The position numbers were made by a program, and so were the translations under genes. The notes under the pieces are model-generated. The model saw only the letters and a program-made list of their open reading frames with translations. It ran no database searches and had not been told where the DNA came from. DNA of 59,923 nt, filler included, from Basidiobolus ranarum (lineage: Eukaryota): the NCBI GenBank assembly GCA_040143965.1. It is 10 parts of 10 records of this genome, joined end to end, with 100 filler letters (N's around TTAATTAATTAA, not from the genome) between each part and the next. Parts side by side here need not be neighbours in the genome. Positions count along the whole stretch, not along the records: positions 48,040 to 53,931 come from JASJQH010008348.1; positions 54,032 to 59,923 come from JASJQH010008349.1; 8 more parts are not named here. The stretch is one strand, 5' to 3'. This document shows, piece by piece, positions 48,611 through 59,923 of the stretch (positions are counted from its first letter, which is position 1; each line of letters opens with the position of its first letter).

Positions 48611-51600
48611 GGTTTTGAGCCCCAAGCAAGATGTTAAACAAATATCTACCAGTACTAATATCAACATTTTTACATCCACTGAGAAGTTTGATGGTGAAGA
48701 CTTTCACCTTTGGAAGTTCAAGATGCAAATGGTGCTAGAAAACAAGAACCATTAGGGATTTGTTATGGGAGAAGAAATGGAGCCAAAGTAACCAACAGAA
48801 GCTATCCTTGACTTTCACAAGAAGCAGAGGAAAGTACTCTCAACCCTTGGTATACATCTTGGAGAATTGCAATTGTGGCACATACAATCAGCCAAAATTG
48901 TCCAAAATGCTTGGGAAACACTCAAGGGACTATATGAGACTAAACGTCTGAAACACAATCAGCACTATTCAGGAGCTGTCTGACAAAATTCCAGCTGTAT
49001 CCAAGCCCTATTCAACCAAGATTCCAGTCTCAATTACATCAGAGGATGATATAAGACCCTGAAGATCATCCAGAAGGTGAAATAAGCCAGGAAACTGGTG
49101 GAACACTTCCAATGACAATATACATGCTTATGCCACAATCTGCGGCAAGCCACAGACTCTAGATCAAGCTCTGGAGTGGCCAGAAGCAAACATATGGGAA
49201 AAAGCAATGTCAGATGTGTTTTCATCACTGCAGGACAATACAATATGAGTTTTAAGTCCTCATCCATCAGGGAGAAAGTCAATAGGTTGTAAATGGGCCT
49301 ACAAAGTCAAAAACCAAGCTGATGGAAACTTAGAAAGGTACAAAGTAAGATTAGTTGCAAAAGGCTATTCCCAGACTACAGGGGTTGATTCTAATGATAT
49401 TTTGCTGCAGTAGCTAAGTTGAGCTCCATTTGATTAATCCAGGCACTCTCAGCCAATCATAACCTTGATTTACATCATATGTTTGTAAAAACAGCCTTTC
49501 TGAATGGAAATCTAGAAGAAGATATGTATATGGAGTAACCAGATGGATTTGTTGACTCACAACATCCTGATATGATCTGCAACTGCAAAAATTGCTATAT
49601 GGACTCAAGCAAGCACCCAGGGCTTGGAACAATATGATAGATAACTATTTGGAATCACTAGATATCCCAAAATGCATAGCAGATCAGAGTATTTTTATCA
49701 AAACAACCAGAAATATGATCCTTATCTTGGCACTATATGCAGATGACATAATCTTTGCCACAAATGATGTAGAAGCACTTAATCAAAAGCAGCTCATCAG
49801 ACCAATTTCAGATGACTGATATGGGTAAATTAAGTTATTTTCTTTGAATCCAAATCCAGAGAGAAATACCCAATTTGAAAATCATACTGAATCAGTCTAT
49901 ACACATTCTAAACATTCTAAAACATTTCAATATGGAGAATAACAAGCCTGTATCAACCCCAATAGATCACAAGGTAAAATTAATCAAAATTCATCCAATT
50001 TGGCCTAAAATGACTTAAATCAAAGCCAGGAGTGCCCCTATCAATCCATGGTAGGTAGACTAATGTTCAAAGGGTTGGAAGACATCCCGAAATTGTTGTG
50101 GCCAAGGGAACTGTCAGCTAATTTCTCAAAAATCCAGGATCTGAGCACAAAACTGAAGTATAAAAGGTATTCAGATAGTTCAGGGGAACTGTAGATCTAG
50201 TCCAGGAATACTCTGCCACTCCTGATACACAAATTGTTGAAGGCTACAGCTTTGCAGACTGGGAAAGAAATCTCAATGATAGAATATCAACAACTGGGTA
50301 CACTTTTCTCTCTGGTAATGGAGCAATAACTTGGAATAGTAAGAAGCAACCAACCATTCACTTTCCACTACAGAAGCTGAGTAAAAGGCTGCCCCTGCTA
50401 CTACACAAGAAGCTATTTGGTTAAGAAAGTTATTTACAGACTTAGGATACATGCAAAAATGTGCAATTACTGTATTTGAAGATATTCAAGGTTGTGTTTC
50501 ATTAGCTAAAAACCCTGTATTTCATGCTAGAACAAAGCATATAAATATTAGGCATCATTCTGTGAGAAGCAATACAGAATGAAATAGTGGAACTTGTCTA
50601 TTGCCCTACTGAAGACATGATAGCTGATATCTTAACCAAACCATTAGCTAAAGCACAGATTGAATTATTAAGATATAAGTTAGGTTTAAGAGAAATACAA
50701 AACAATCCATTGAGTAGGAATGATGAAAATGGGTAAATAGCAACTCATTATTTAGTAGTAGGTTTTTTCACATTGTGATTATTACTGTATTTAAAGATAA
50801 TCAATGTGGTATTTCTTTAGTCAATAACCCTACATTTCATGCTAGAACAAAATACATAGATATTAGAAGTCATTCTATTAGAGAAGCACAAGAGAATGAT
50901 GAAATTGAACTTGTCCATTGCCTTACTGAAGAAATGATTGCTGACATCTTAACCAAACCTCTAGCTAAAGCACAATTTGAATTGTCAGGATAATCAATGG
51001 TTGGAACACATCCAGACATTGCTGTAGCAGTGGGAATTGTCAGCCAATATCTCAAAAATCCAGGAACTGAGCATAAAACTGCAGTAAAACAAATATTCAG
51101 GTATTTGAAAGGAGCTGTAGATCTGGTTGTGGAATACTCTGTCACTCCTGATGCAGGAAATTTTGAATGCTACACTGATCCAGACTGGAGAGGAAAACTT
51201 GTTGATAGAAGATCAACAACTGGGTACACCTTTCTCTTTGGTAATGGAGCCATTACCAGGAATAGTAAGAAGCAACCAACAATAGCACTTTTCACTACAG
51301 AAGCAAAGTATATGGCTGCCTCTGCTACTACACAAGAAGCTATGTGGTTAAGAAAGTTATTTACAGACTTAGGATACATGCAAAAGTTTGTAATTACTGT
51401 ATTTGAAGATATTCAAGGTTGTGCTTCATTAGCTAAAAACCCTATATTTTATGCTAGAACAAAACATATAGATATTAGGCATCATTCTGTGAGAAGTAAT
51501 ACAGAATGAAATAACGGAACTTCTCTATTGCCCTACTGAAGACATGATAGCTGATATCTTACCCAAACCATTAGCTAAAGCACAGATTGAACTATAAGTT

Positions 51601-51639
51601 AGGTTTGAGGGAAATACATGATAATCAGTTGAGTGGGAA

Positions 51640-51990
51640 TCTTGGAAATAGGTAAATAGCAACTCATTATTTAGTAGTAAGTTTAATCATATTCTGATTA
51701 TTTAGCACTTGACTTTGTCATTCCAAAACATGTGGTTATTGCTATATTTGATAGAAATGTCAGTTAGCTCACTTTTACCAATTTTTACTACTTTCTCAAA
51801 GCTTCCCTCAATCACCTCAAATTTTCACCCATGCTTAACAGGCATGTTTGTTATCATGTAAGCATGCCCAATAGTCCTACTTTGTAGTAAACTCTAAATA
51901 GCACATATTCAAATCAATAAAACTCAAGTGTCTAAATTACAAATCTATCTTTGTCCAAAACACTTCTAAGTCCCCTAAGCACTGTTATCA
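51640..51990 (+). repeat. Copia family A LTR flanked by a PPT (51631-51639) and a PBS (51991-52002)
   Basis: GAGTGGGAA on the left and an exact GGTTATGAGCCC on the right. Confidence 0.9.
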
Positions 51991-54279
51991 GGTTATGAGC
52001 CCCAAGCTAGCAGCTGAAGTAATGTCTACTAGTACTATTACCAACATTTATATCATACATTTCATGTTCAGCAAGGTTGGATGCACTATCACAGATCAGA
52101 GTTATACCAAATTTGGTCCTAGGATCAAAACTCAAAACTTACACAAGCTAAAAGTCAACAAGTTGCATTCTGAGCATGCAAACTTGGCCAAAACCAGTGA
52201 AATACGCTGTCAAATGTTGCATAGAAGATTAGGCCACATTGGGGACAGAAACTGACCAAAATGATCCAAATCAACTTGTTTCAGGCTAAGAAATTGAAAA
52301 TATCACTAAATTAGATCTGTGTGAAGGGTTCATATATGAAAAACATCACTGACAGCTGTTTTCAAGCTCTGGAGACATGAAATCCACTCGCAATTTTTCC
52401 CTGTCACATTTTGACCTATGTGAGTTTTTTAAAAATATCTTACTAGGTGGAAAAAGGTACTATATGACCTTCATTGATGAGAAAGCAAGATATAGTTCAG
52501 TATTCTTTTCTAATCAAAATCTGAAGCCTTAGCTACATTCAAGCACTACAAAACAATGGTAGAGAAAGAATCAGCACAAAAAATAAGGGTGCTAAGGAGT
52601 GACAATAGTGGAGCATATTGCTGCAAACACATTGCTAGTCCTTGTTTTTAGCATTGAATTAAGCTACAAAATCCTGTACCTTACACTCCACAGTAAATTG
52701 GAGTTACAGAGCATGGTAATAAGAACAATGTGGGGATGGCAAGAAAAATGTTACATGTTCAAAAGTTAAATTTTCAACATTGGGCTGAATCTGTCTCCAC
52801 TGCAGTCTATAAAAAAACAGATGTCCAACAAGAGTGATACAAAAGTCTACTCCATTTGAAGCCCTATATGGATTAGAATCAAATGTGGATCATCTCAGTA
52901 TCTTTGGTTGCATAGCATATTGCCTAGTTCCAGCTCAAAAATTCTCTAATTTGGAACCCAACACAGAAAATGCAAATTTCTTGGTTACTGTGATGGATCC
53001 AAGGCCCCCAGACTGTTTGCTACTGAAAATCCGAGGTTTATCAAAAAGCATATTTTTCACCTCTAATCACAGTTCTTAATCCCAAAAACACAATCCGCAC
53101 TATTCAAGAAATGTCTGGCTAAACTCCAGATGCATCTGAGCCCTGTTCAGCTAAAATTCCAGTCCCAATTACATCAGAGAATAACTAGGGGCCAGAAGAT
53201 GATTCAGAAGGAGAAATAAGCAAGAAACCTGGTGAAATGCTTCTAATGATGATGTATGTGCTTATGCAGCATTCTGTGACAAGCCACAGACTCTGAATCA
53301 AGCTCTGGAGTGTCCAGAATCAATATTAGGTGAAAAATCAATGTCTGATGAGTTTTCTTCACTTCAGGGTAATAACATGTAGGTTTGAAGTCCTTGTCTA
53401 TCAGGGAGAAAGCCAGTAGGTTGCAAATGGGTCTACAGAGTCAAAAATTAAGCTGATGAAACTAGAGAAAGTTACAAAGCAACATCAGTTTGAAATGATT
53501 ATTCTTAGACTCCAGGAGTTGATTTTAATGAAACTTTTGCTCCAGTAGCTAAGTTTGGCTCCATTGGATCAATACTGGCACTCTCAGCAATTGATATCCT
53601 TGATTTACATAAAATGGTAGTAAAAACAGCCTTTCTCAATGGAAATTCCAAAGTAGAGATGTATATGGAGCAACCATATGGATTTGTTGACCCAAAATAC
53701 CTTTATATGGTCTGTAAACTGCAAATATCACTACATGGACTCAAGCAAGCACCTAGGGTGTGGTAAAACAAGACAGATAAGTATTTGGAATCACTAGAAT
53801 TCCAAAAATGCACAGCAGATTGTAGTATTTACATCTACACAACCAGAAATTGAATCCTTCACTTGGCACTATATGTGAATGACTTATTGTAGCACATATG
53901 ATATAGAACCTCTAAATCAGATGAAAAGCAGNNNNNNNNNNNNNNNNNNNNNNNNNNNNNNNNNNNNNNNNNNNNTTAATTAATTAANNNNNNNNNNNNN
54001 NNNNNNNNNNNNNNNNNNNNNNNNNNNNNNNGCACCTTCCACCTTTGGATAATTGCTCTAAGTGCCTCCTTGTCAAGACACTACTGGTTGAGCTTATAGT
54101 TGTTTTTGGTCAAAGAAGCTTTAGTATTTGTTCAAAATCAAAGGATGTTGATACCAGCGTATTCTTTTGTCAATGCACCAATCATTTCCTCAGCAGAAAG
54201 TTGGACATGGCATTGTTATTATCATTCCCAACAAAACTGTTGTTTTAAATTTCCCCCCTTCATAGTAAGTGTTATTTCT

Positions 54280-55045
54280 ACACCAGCCCCAACATTGCAA
54301 AATATATGCTAGTGCTTGCTCAGCTTCAACAAGAAAACCAAGAGCTTTGTGCATTTCCGGCTCAAGTACTGAATCCTGCTCCACCCAGCTATACGGCAAA
54401 TCCAACTCCTGAACCCAAGATTTTCTTAGCAAATAGGTTTGATGTCACTTGCCAATACTATCATGGTTTTATCAAGCAGGTAAACTCATCATCCAGCTGC
54501 AACCCTATTAATACCCTTCTGACCAAACAAAAGTAGGCCTAGTAGGAACACTATTATCAGGAACAGCTCTGTCTTTGTTTGCTCCTGTCATGGAAAGTCA
54601 ATCTCCACTTTTTTCCAACTTCCTTACCTTCCTTGCAGAACTGGAAGCTACATTTGGATATGCAGACAAGGAAAGAGCTTTAGCTACTAACCATGCACTT
54701 AAACAAGGGCTAAAGCCTGCATCTACATATGCTCTGATATACTGCCTTCTTGCCTGTGATCTCAATCGGGGAGAATCTGCTATGATCAGCTAGTTCTAAT
54801 ATTGACTACAAGTAAATATCAACAATCTTCTACTGACTTTGACACATCCATCTTCATCATACATCACAATCTCTGCAGTCATATGAATCATTAAAGCTGC
54901 ACATTACACTCCTGCTTCCAAATTACAAGTCAGTAAAAACAACTGTACTTCCCAATTCAGGTGCTTTCTCCTATTTTATTGACTCTGCTTTTGTCAAAAT
55001 CCAACTCTATCCCAACATTCAAGAAATCAAGTCCAGTCCTTGTAG
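54280..55045 (+). mobile_element. Ty3/gypsy gag (DUF4939/PEG10-like) and protease relic
   Basis: PEPKIFLANRFD..GFIKQV, YPSDQTKVGLVGTLLSGTALS, FLAELEATFG, LKQG..ASTYA and SGAFSYFID. Confidence 0.8.
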
Positions 55046-55049
55046 AGGT

Positions 55050-55620
55050 AACCATAACAAGAAAAATTGATTTAATCTGGATTGGATCAACCCTTCTGGA
55101 TTGCAAAACCATCAGAAAACAGTCACAATATTGGTGGCTTGCATTCTACCAGGGATTTTGATGGTGAGATGGTGGCTTCTTGATGTTATTTCAATGGTAT
55201 TGAAACATTGTAAATATTAATCCTCATACTTGGCTTGCGTTATTTAATTTCCATCAATCTTTCCAAAATCTAATATTTGAATGGCAAATTACTGGGTTTA
55301 CTGCTGTAGTAATTCATATTAATATGCATGCCTTTGTTTTGATATTTTAGGCTTTGTATTCCATCCATAATGAGGATCAAAAAATACCAGAAGCTCATTG
55401 TGTTAAGTCTGTACATATGCACATACTTGACTGTTCAGATATAACTCAACAACATTAATATGCTAAACCAGCAAACTAATGGTGGAAAAATTGCTCAACA
55501 TCTGAAATTTCAAATAACACTTACCCTTGGCAAGTAGCTGACTCTTGTTACCATTTGCAATTAGAATAAGCTCTTGGAATTGTGCCAATTTCCATAAAGA
55601 GTTGAGCCAACATATCCCCA
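55050..55620 (-). mobile_element. CACTA-like element right end and transposase 3' region (inverted copy)
   Basis: Reverse-complement match to 1-560, with the TIR-like CCATAACAAGAAAAATTGA at 55052-55070. Confidence 0.7.
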
Positions 55621-55624
55621 TTAG

Positions 55625-57400
55625 TGCTAATTTGTTGCCTTTGAAATCCCTGGTCTCTTTAATATATTCTCCTGAATATTTTTATAGAGTTTTTCATACC
55701 CAAGGTTTAGCTCATACCCAACACAAGTTTATATCAATATCTCCATCAAAGCCTACCATTGTATTAATGTTGCTGAATCAACATTCTTCCAGCTATCTGG
55801 CGGATACCCTTTGATATTGTGCCACTCTGTATTAAGTTCTTCCCAGATATCTGCCTGGTTAACACCAGACTGAATGTCAAGTTGAATGTTCTTCTGCTGC
55901 AGCCACTCTCTGCATACTTGCATTGCATTTTTCCCTTCATATTTTTGAAAATACTGCTCAAGCACTTTGACTATTTTTGCACATCCTGGTAATGTGACAC
56001 TACTGAGGGTGCTTTGCGGTGTTTGTGTGGCTTTTTCCTTGCCTTTAACTTTGGGACTGATTTCAACACTTTGAAAAGTACCAGTTGAGTTTGGAGAGCC
56101 ATGAGTTTTATTTACTGGTGTTTTGGCTTGTTGAGAGGTGCCAGGTGTTGGATAAACTTCTGAATTTAGCACTCTGGCAACTGGTGTACCTTGTTCCATA
56201 TTGAGGTTAAGCTTTTTTGCCTGTATATCTGACTTTGGAATTGCAGATCTTGGTAATGGTGTGAAGAATTTAGTAAGTGGGACAGTGGAGCCTAAACTCA
56301 CTGGCTCCTTTGCTTTTCCCTTGGGTTTACCAACTTCCTGCTCCTTCAGTACCTCTTTAGCTGCTTTTCTTTATTTTCCAAGTTGATAATTGCGTGCATT
56401 TTTGATATGTTTCATAAATAGGCATATAGTAGCCCAATTGCCATTTGCTTGCAAAAACCCAAGATAAGCCACATGAAATAAGTCAAGAAACTTCAGAGTA
56501 ATGCCTGGTTTTTAGTTTTTCCACAATTGACTCAATTCCAGATAATTTTGGGCAAGATTGCTCACAGTTTCCAAAATGTTAAACCACTGATCATCAGAGC
56601 AAGTGATGGCAGCTCTGACATTCAGAGTCTTTTGGTTTGCCAGTTTTCCTATGAGATCTCAACTCTCATATGCCCAAGCAATTTTGGGTCATTGTTGTAG
56701 GCTTATTAGTCCAGCACATATTCTGCTCTGCTAGATTGTCATGGTGATGTTCATCTTTATGATGTGGGGTTGATTAAAATCCCATATGAGAATGGATGGA
56801 GGGAGCACCATGTTGCTCTAGCTCAAGTACAGCATTCTCCAGGTCTTGTATCATTGTTGAGTCACTCTCTAACTGTTGACTGGTAGCTTCCAAACCCTGC
56901 ATTAATTGCAATATTGTAGTGTTATTGCTTGTAATGGCTTGTTTAGCAACTTCATAGTTTTTACTTGTGATTGCATACAAATTATATGGTGTTCTGTCTG
57001 CAATTCCCTTGTTGTAATACTTCTATACAAGTTTTCTATGGAGGGTTGTTCAGTTGTGGGCAAAGTAGCCATTTTCAATGGTGATGGTCTTGATGGTGTT
57101 TTGGTTAAACTTTGCTCAACTATTGATTTACTATGTAATTGGGGGATTACAATTTCTTCACTTGCATAGTACTGGAAAGGAACACATCTGGTAAATTGAT
57201 TAATGCTTCATCATTGCTTGAGTTAGTTTACAGCATGTTAATACCTTCCAAAGTGGATAGTGGATTGCTAGACAGCTCATCAATTAAGTCCTCTGTTCTT
57301 GCTGGCTTTTTTGCTTTTGTACCAGCAGGCTTTGGCTTGGAAGCCAATTTTGACTTAGATCTTGAATGGTTTTTGAATGGAATTGCAATTTTCAGATGGT
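55625..57400 (-). pseudogene. ORF2 of the CACTA-like element (unknown protein), decayed
   Basis: Protein-like frame pieces: Lys/Pro-rich N-terminus, coiled-coil-like 56774-56980, helical domain ..QWFNILETV..NYLELSQLWKN..FLDLFHVAY..NGNWATICLFMKHIKNARNY, Ser/Thr/Pro-rich linker, and a C-terminal Trp-rich domain shared with other copies. Confidence 0.6.
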
Positions 57401-57599
57401 AAACTTGGTGTTATGAAATTGCTTAGATACAGCTTATGATATACCAAAATTGCCATCCATTAGTGGAAATATCTTGTAAATCCCCTGATGATGCATTTGT
57501 GACCCATCTCAGGATCAGCAGATGATATTGAAGGGCTATACCTAAAATACCACCCTTATGTGGGAGGTGTTCTATTTACTACAATATCTTTCTCATGCC

Positions 57600-58904
57600 A
57601 CAACACAAACATTTAAAGAAGCCCTGCTATTATTGTTGCAAATTCTTGTGCTATGAAAGCCAGAGGCTGCATAGAAAAAAAATCACAAGCATGGTCAGTA
57701 TACAAAGCCACTAGCTGCACAGAGACTGGTTTATAACAACAGTAATAAGTACACTAAATTGACTTTAGTTTTGCTTATTGAGTCCACTGAGTGTAGTTTG
57801 CCTCAAAGTTTTGATGACACTCCCAAAATTCAAGATACTGTGGAGTTACCACAGTTGTATGACCAGAATGATGTAGGTCAAAATGCAACTTTGGTCAAAC
57901 TGATAAGTCCAGACAACTTTGAGGACTGGTGGCTAGATGTTGACCTCAGTTATTCCAGTACCAATGGTAGTATATCAGAAGTTGAAGAAGAAGATGATGA
58001 GTTTGTTATGGACTTGTTGCTATTGGCAAACATTAGTCCACTCATAACACTTACTGTGAAGGAAGCAGCTTTGATGGTTGATTAGTGGAGAGTTCAATCA
58101 AATCTTAGCAAGCAGGTGTTTATTAGTTTTTTTACACTTTTACCACAGTTGATTGGCAAATGTTGCTTGTCACAGACTGGGTACAAGTGGAATACACTTG
58201 TCAATTGTATGACTCATAATCCTTCAGTAATTAAACTACCTTCAGGTCCAAATGATTGTTAGGCTTTCACCAGTGATCTGAAAAAGCTGAAGTCATGAAC
58301 TTTTTGCACACAATTGGCAATCACTTAATCAGGTAAATATTGTTTATATTTGACTTACATGTCATTGATTCCCCATCTGAAAGTTTTGATGAATTTACCC
58401 AAATATAGATCATAGATCCAATACCAAAGTACTCACCATAAATCTGATGGTATTACCACTAAACTAGATGGATATAACTACCAGAATCTGAAAAGTCAAG
58501 GTCTCTTTGAGAACATGTGTGATCATGCATTTGCATTGGCTCTGGATGGTTTCTCACTAAGCAAATATATCATTGGAAAGGCTTGCTGGCCAATAATTTT
58601 AATAAACTTAAATGTTCCTCCCTCTCAGTGGTACAAGAGTCAAAATATTTTGATACTATCCTTCATATTGGGACCTAAATCACCAGTGCTTATAGATAGC
58701 TTCTTAGAGCCTTTGTTTGTGGAATTTGAACAGTTATCTAATGGGGTTCAGATGGGTGAAAATTTTATTAAAGCTAATATCATTGTATGTATTGGTGACA
58801 CTCCTGCCATCAGTAAACTTGGAGGTTTTCATGGCCACAATGCACTATCTTACTGTAGATTTTGTCAAATCAATGGAGTTTACTCTAACAGGCATACACA
58901 TTAG
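57600..58904 (+). mobile_element. CACTA-like Tnp2 transposase, N-terminal half, decayed
   Basis: Cys-rich start, acidic tract EVEEEDDEF, PNDCxAF..L..xxFC and YMSLIPHL, then ORF 58515-58904 ALALDGF..WPIILINLNVPP..GPKSPVLIDSFLEPL..GDTPAISKLGGFHGHNALSYCRFC. Confidence 0.88.
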
Positions 58905-59923
58905 ACTTGTTCCATCAGACCAGGTCAGATTGTGCCACTCAATCCAGCCTGCTAGTACACCATCTGGCACAATTTTTCAATTACCATGGCTGGGTCCTAT
59001 AACACTGAATCAGACACTATAAGGAACAATATGGCACTATCTCTCCACAATCGGACATGATGATTTTATTGGAGATATTGTGCCAGCCAGTACAAAGTTA
59101 CCCAATTTAGTATTGCCAAATTGAGATTTTGGGTAACTGACAAGTTCATACCCTAGTTTGTAAGTTACAAATTACTGAATGTGCAACAATAAACAATTTA
59201 TACTGTAACTTACCCAATCAAATGTATAACCAAGATATTCACATGTTTTTAGGCCAATCATTTGTCCCTCACTAACACAGTATCCTGATTTTCAATTGGG
59301 CACAACTGCTTCTGCATTACAAAACACCAGTAGTTTTGGCATACTGATGACAAATCACAGCACTTGATGATGGATCAATCTGCAGTATGATTGTAGTGAT
59401 CAAGATTGCTTGATTCATCATTTTCAGATCAGCAAATTATTTATTCAGTCACTTAAGCTTCTAATAGGGTAAAAATGTGAATGGATAGAGCCATATCAAG
59501 CCAATATGGCTGCACAGGCTTTTTATTGACAGATATTTTTCATTTGATTGTAGTGAATTTGCTTGTATTAATAGGCTATCATATTTATCTAAGAATTTCA
59601 ATTATCATGGTAAAATTCCCTACATTCTGCATAATAAAATTTCTGTTTGCGTTTATTATCCTAATTATTTCAATTATGTGTAAACGCATGGAAATTATAT
59701 AATAAACTGCATCAGCAAAGTTAACCATAGTTTGATCCAAATCAATTTATTTAGCGCATGTATCCACTATGAATTCTTGCTTGGATATATGGGAATTATT
59801 GATAAACTTAAGAGAAGCTGGGGAAGGGGGCATTAGACAAAAGTGGAAGCAACTTTCAACTCTGCTTTGGAGAGAATACTATATCTTCATGCCTTCAGAA
59901 GTCTGCAAGAAAATATACAATAA

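Larger units (their letters stand above)
48040..53931 (+). mobile_element. Nest of copia family A copies (protease; LTR-PBS-gag-RT-RNase H x3; LTR-PBS; integrase-RT)
   Basis: ORFs 49592, 50775, 50997 (YTDPDWRG..RRSTTGY..SKKQPTIALFTTEAKYMA..RTKHIDIRHH), 51995 (LHRRLGH) and 52834, with two full LTRs. Confidence 0.93.

Noticed and set aside
55545..55620. IRISSWNCANF resembles the start of a LINE apurinic-endonuclease domain
   Set aside because: The motif is not conserved in the homologous copy at 46060-46130, no further endonuclease or RT motifs follow, and the DNA is the antisense of the CACTA transposase 3' region.

Overview
The window is not one locus. It is ten unlinked contigs of about 5.9 kb, ordered by decreasing length and joined by 100-nt N spacers carrying TTAATTAATTAA. 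The source is an intron-rich, AT-rich eukaryote, most likely an early-diverging fungus; Basidiobolus or another Zoopagomycota is my inference, not a proven identification. Contigs 3-5 (12028-29943) carry ordinary spliced genes: an ENA-type P-type ATPase, RPT2, mitochondrial ribosomal proteins mL43 and bS18m, an F-box/LRR protein, SRP54 and a CDC3-like septin, plus two intronless secreted-protein genes, one of them a group XII sPLA2-like protein with a His-Glu instead of His-Asp active-site motif. The other contigs are nests of decayed Ty1/copia elements (at least two LTR families, both with half-tRNAiMet primer sites), Ty3/gypsy relics and a CACTA/En-Spm-like DNA transposon. That transposon can be pieced together as CACTG-TIR / unknown ORF2 (minus) / Tnp2 transposase (plus) / TIR. 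Repeats are almost free of CpG, while genes and a shattered NRPS relic keep normal CpG, which points to repeat-targeted CpG methylation or hypermutation. Two contig ends carry RNA genes: a 5S rRNA 5' fragment fused to the septin exon, and an organellar-type tRNA-Gln followed by GC hairpins. All motif calls were made by eye without database searches, and boundaries of decayed elements are approximate.
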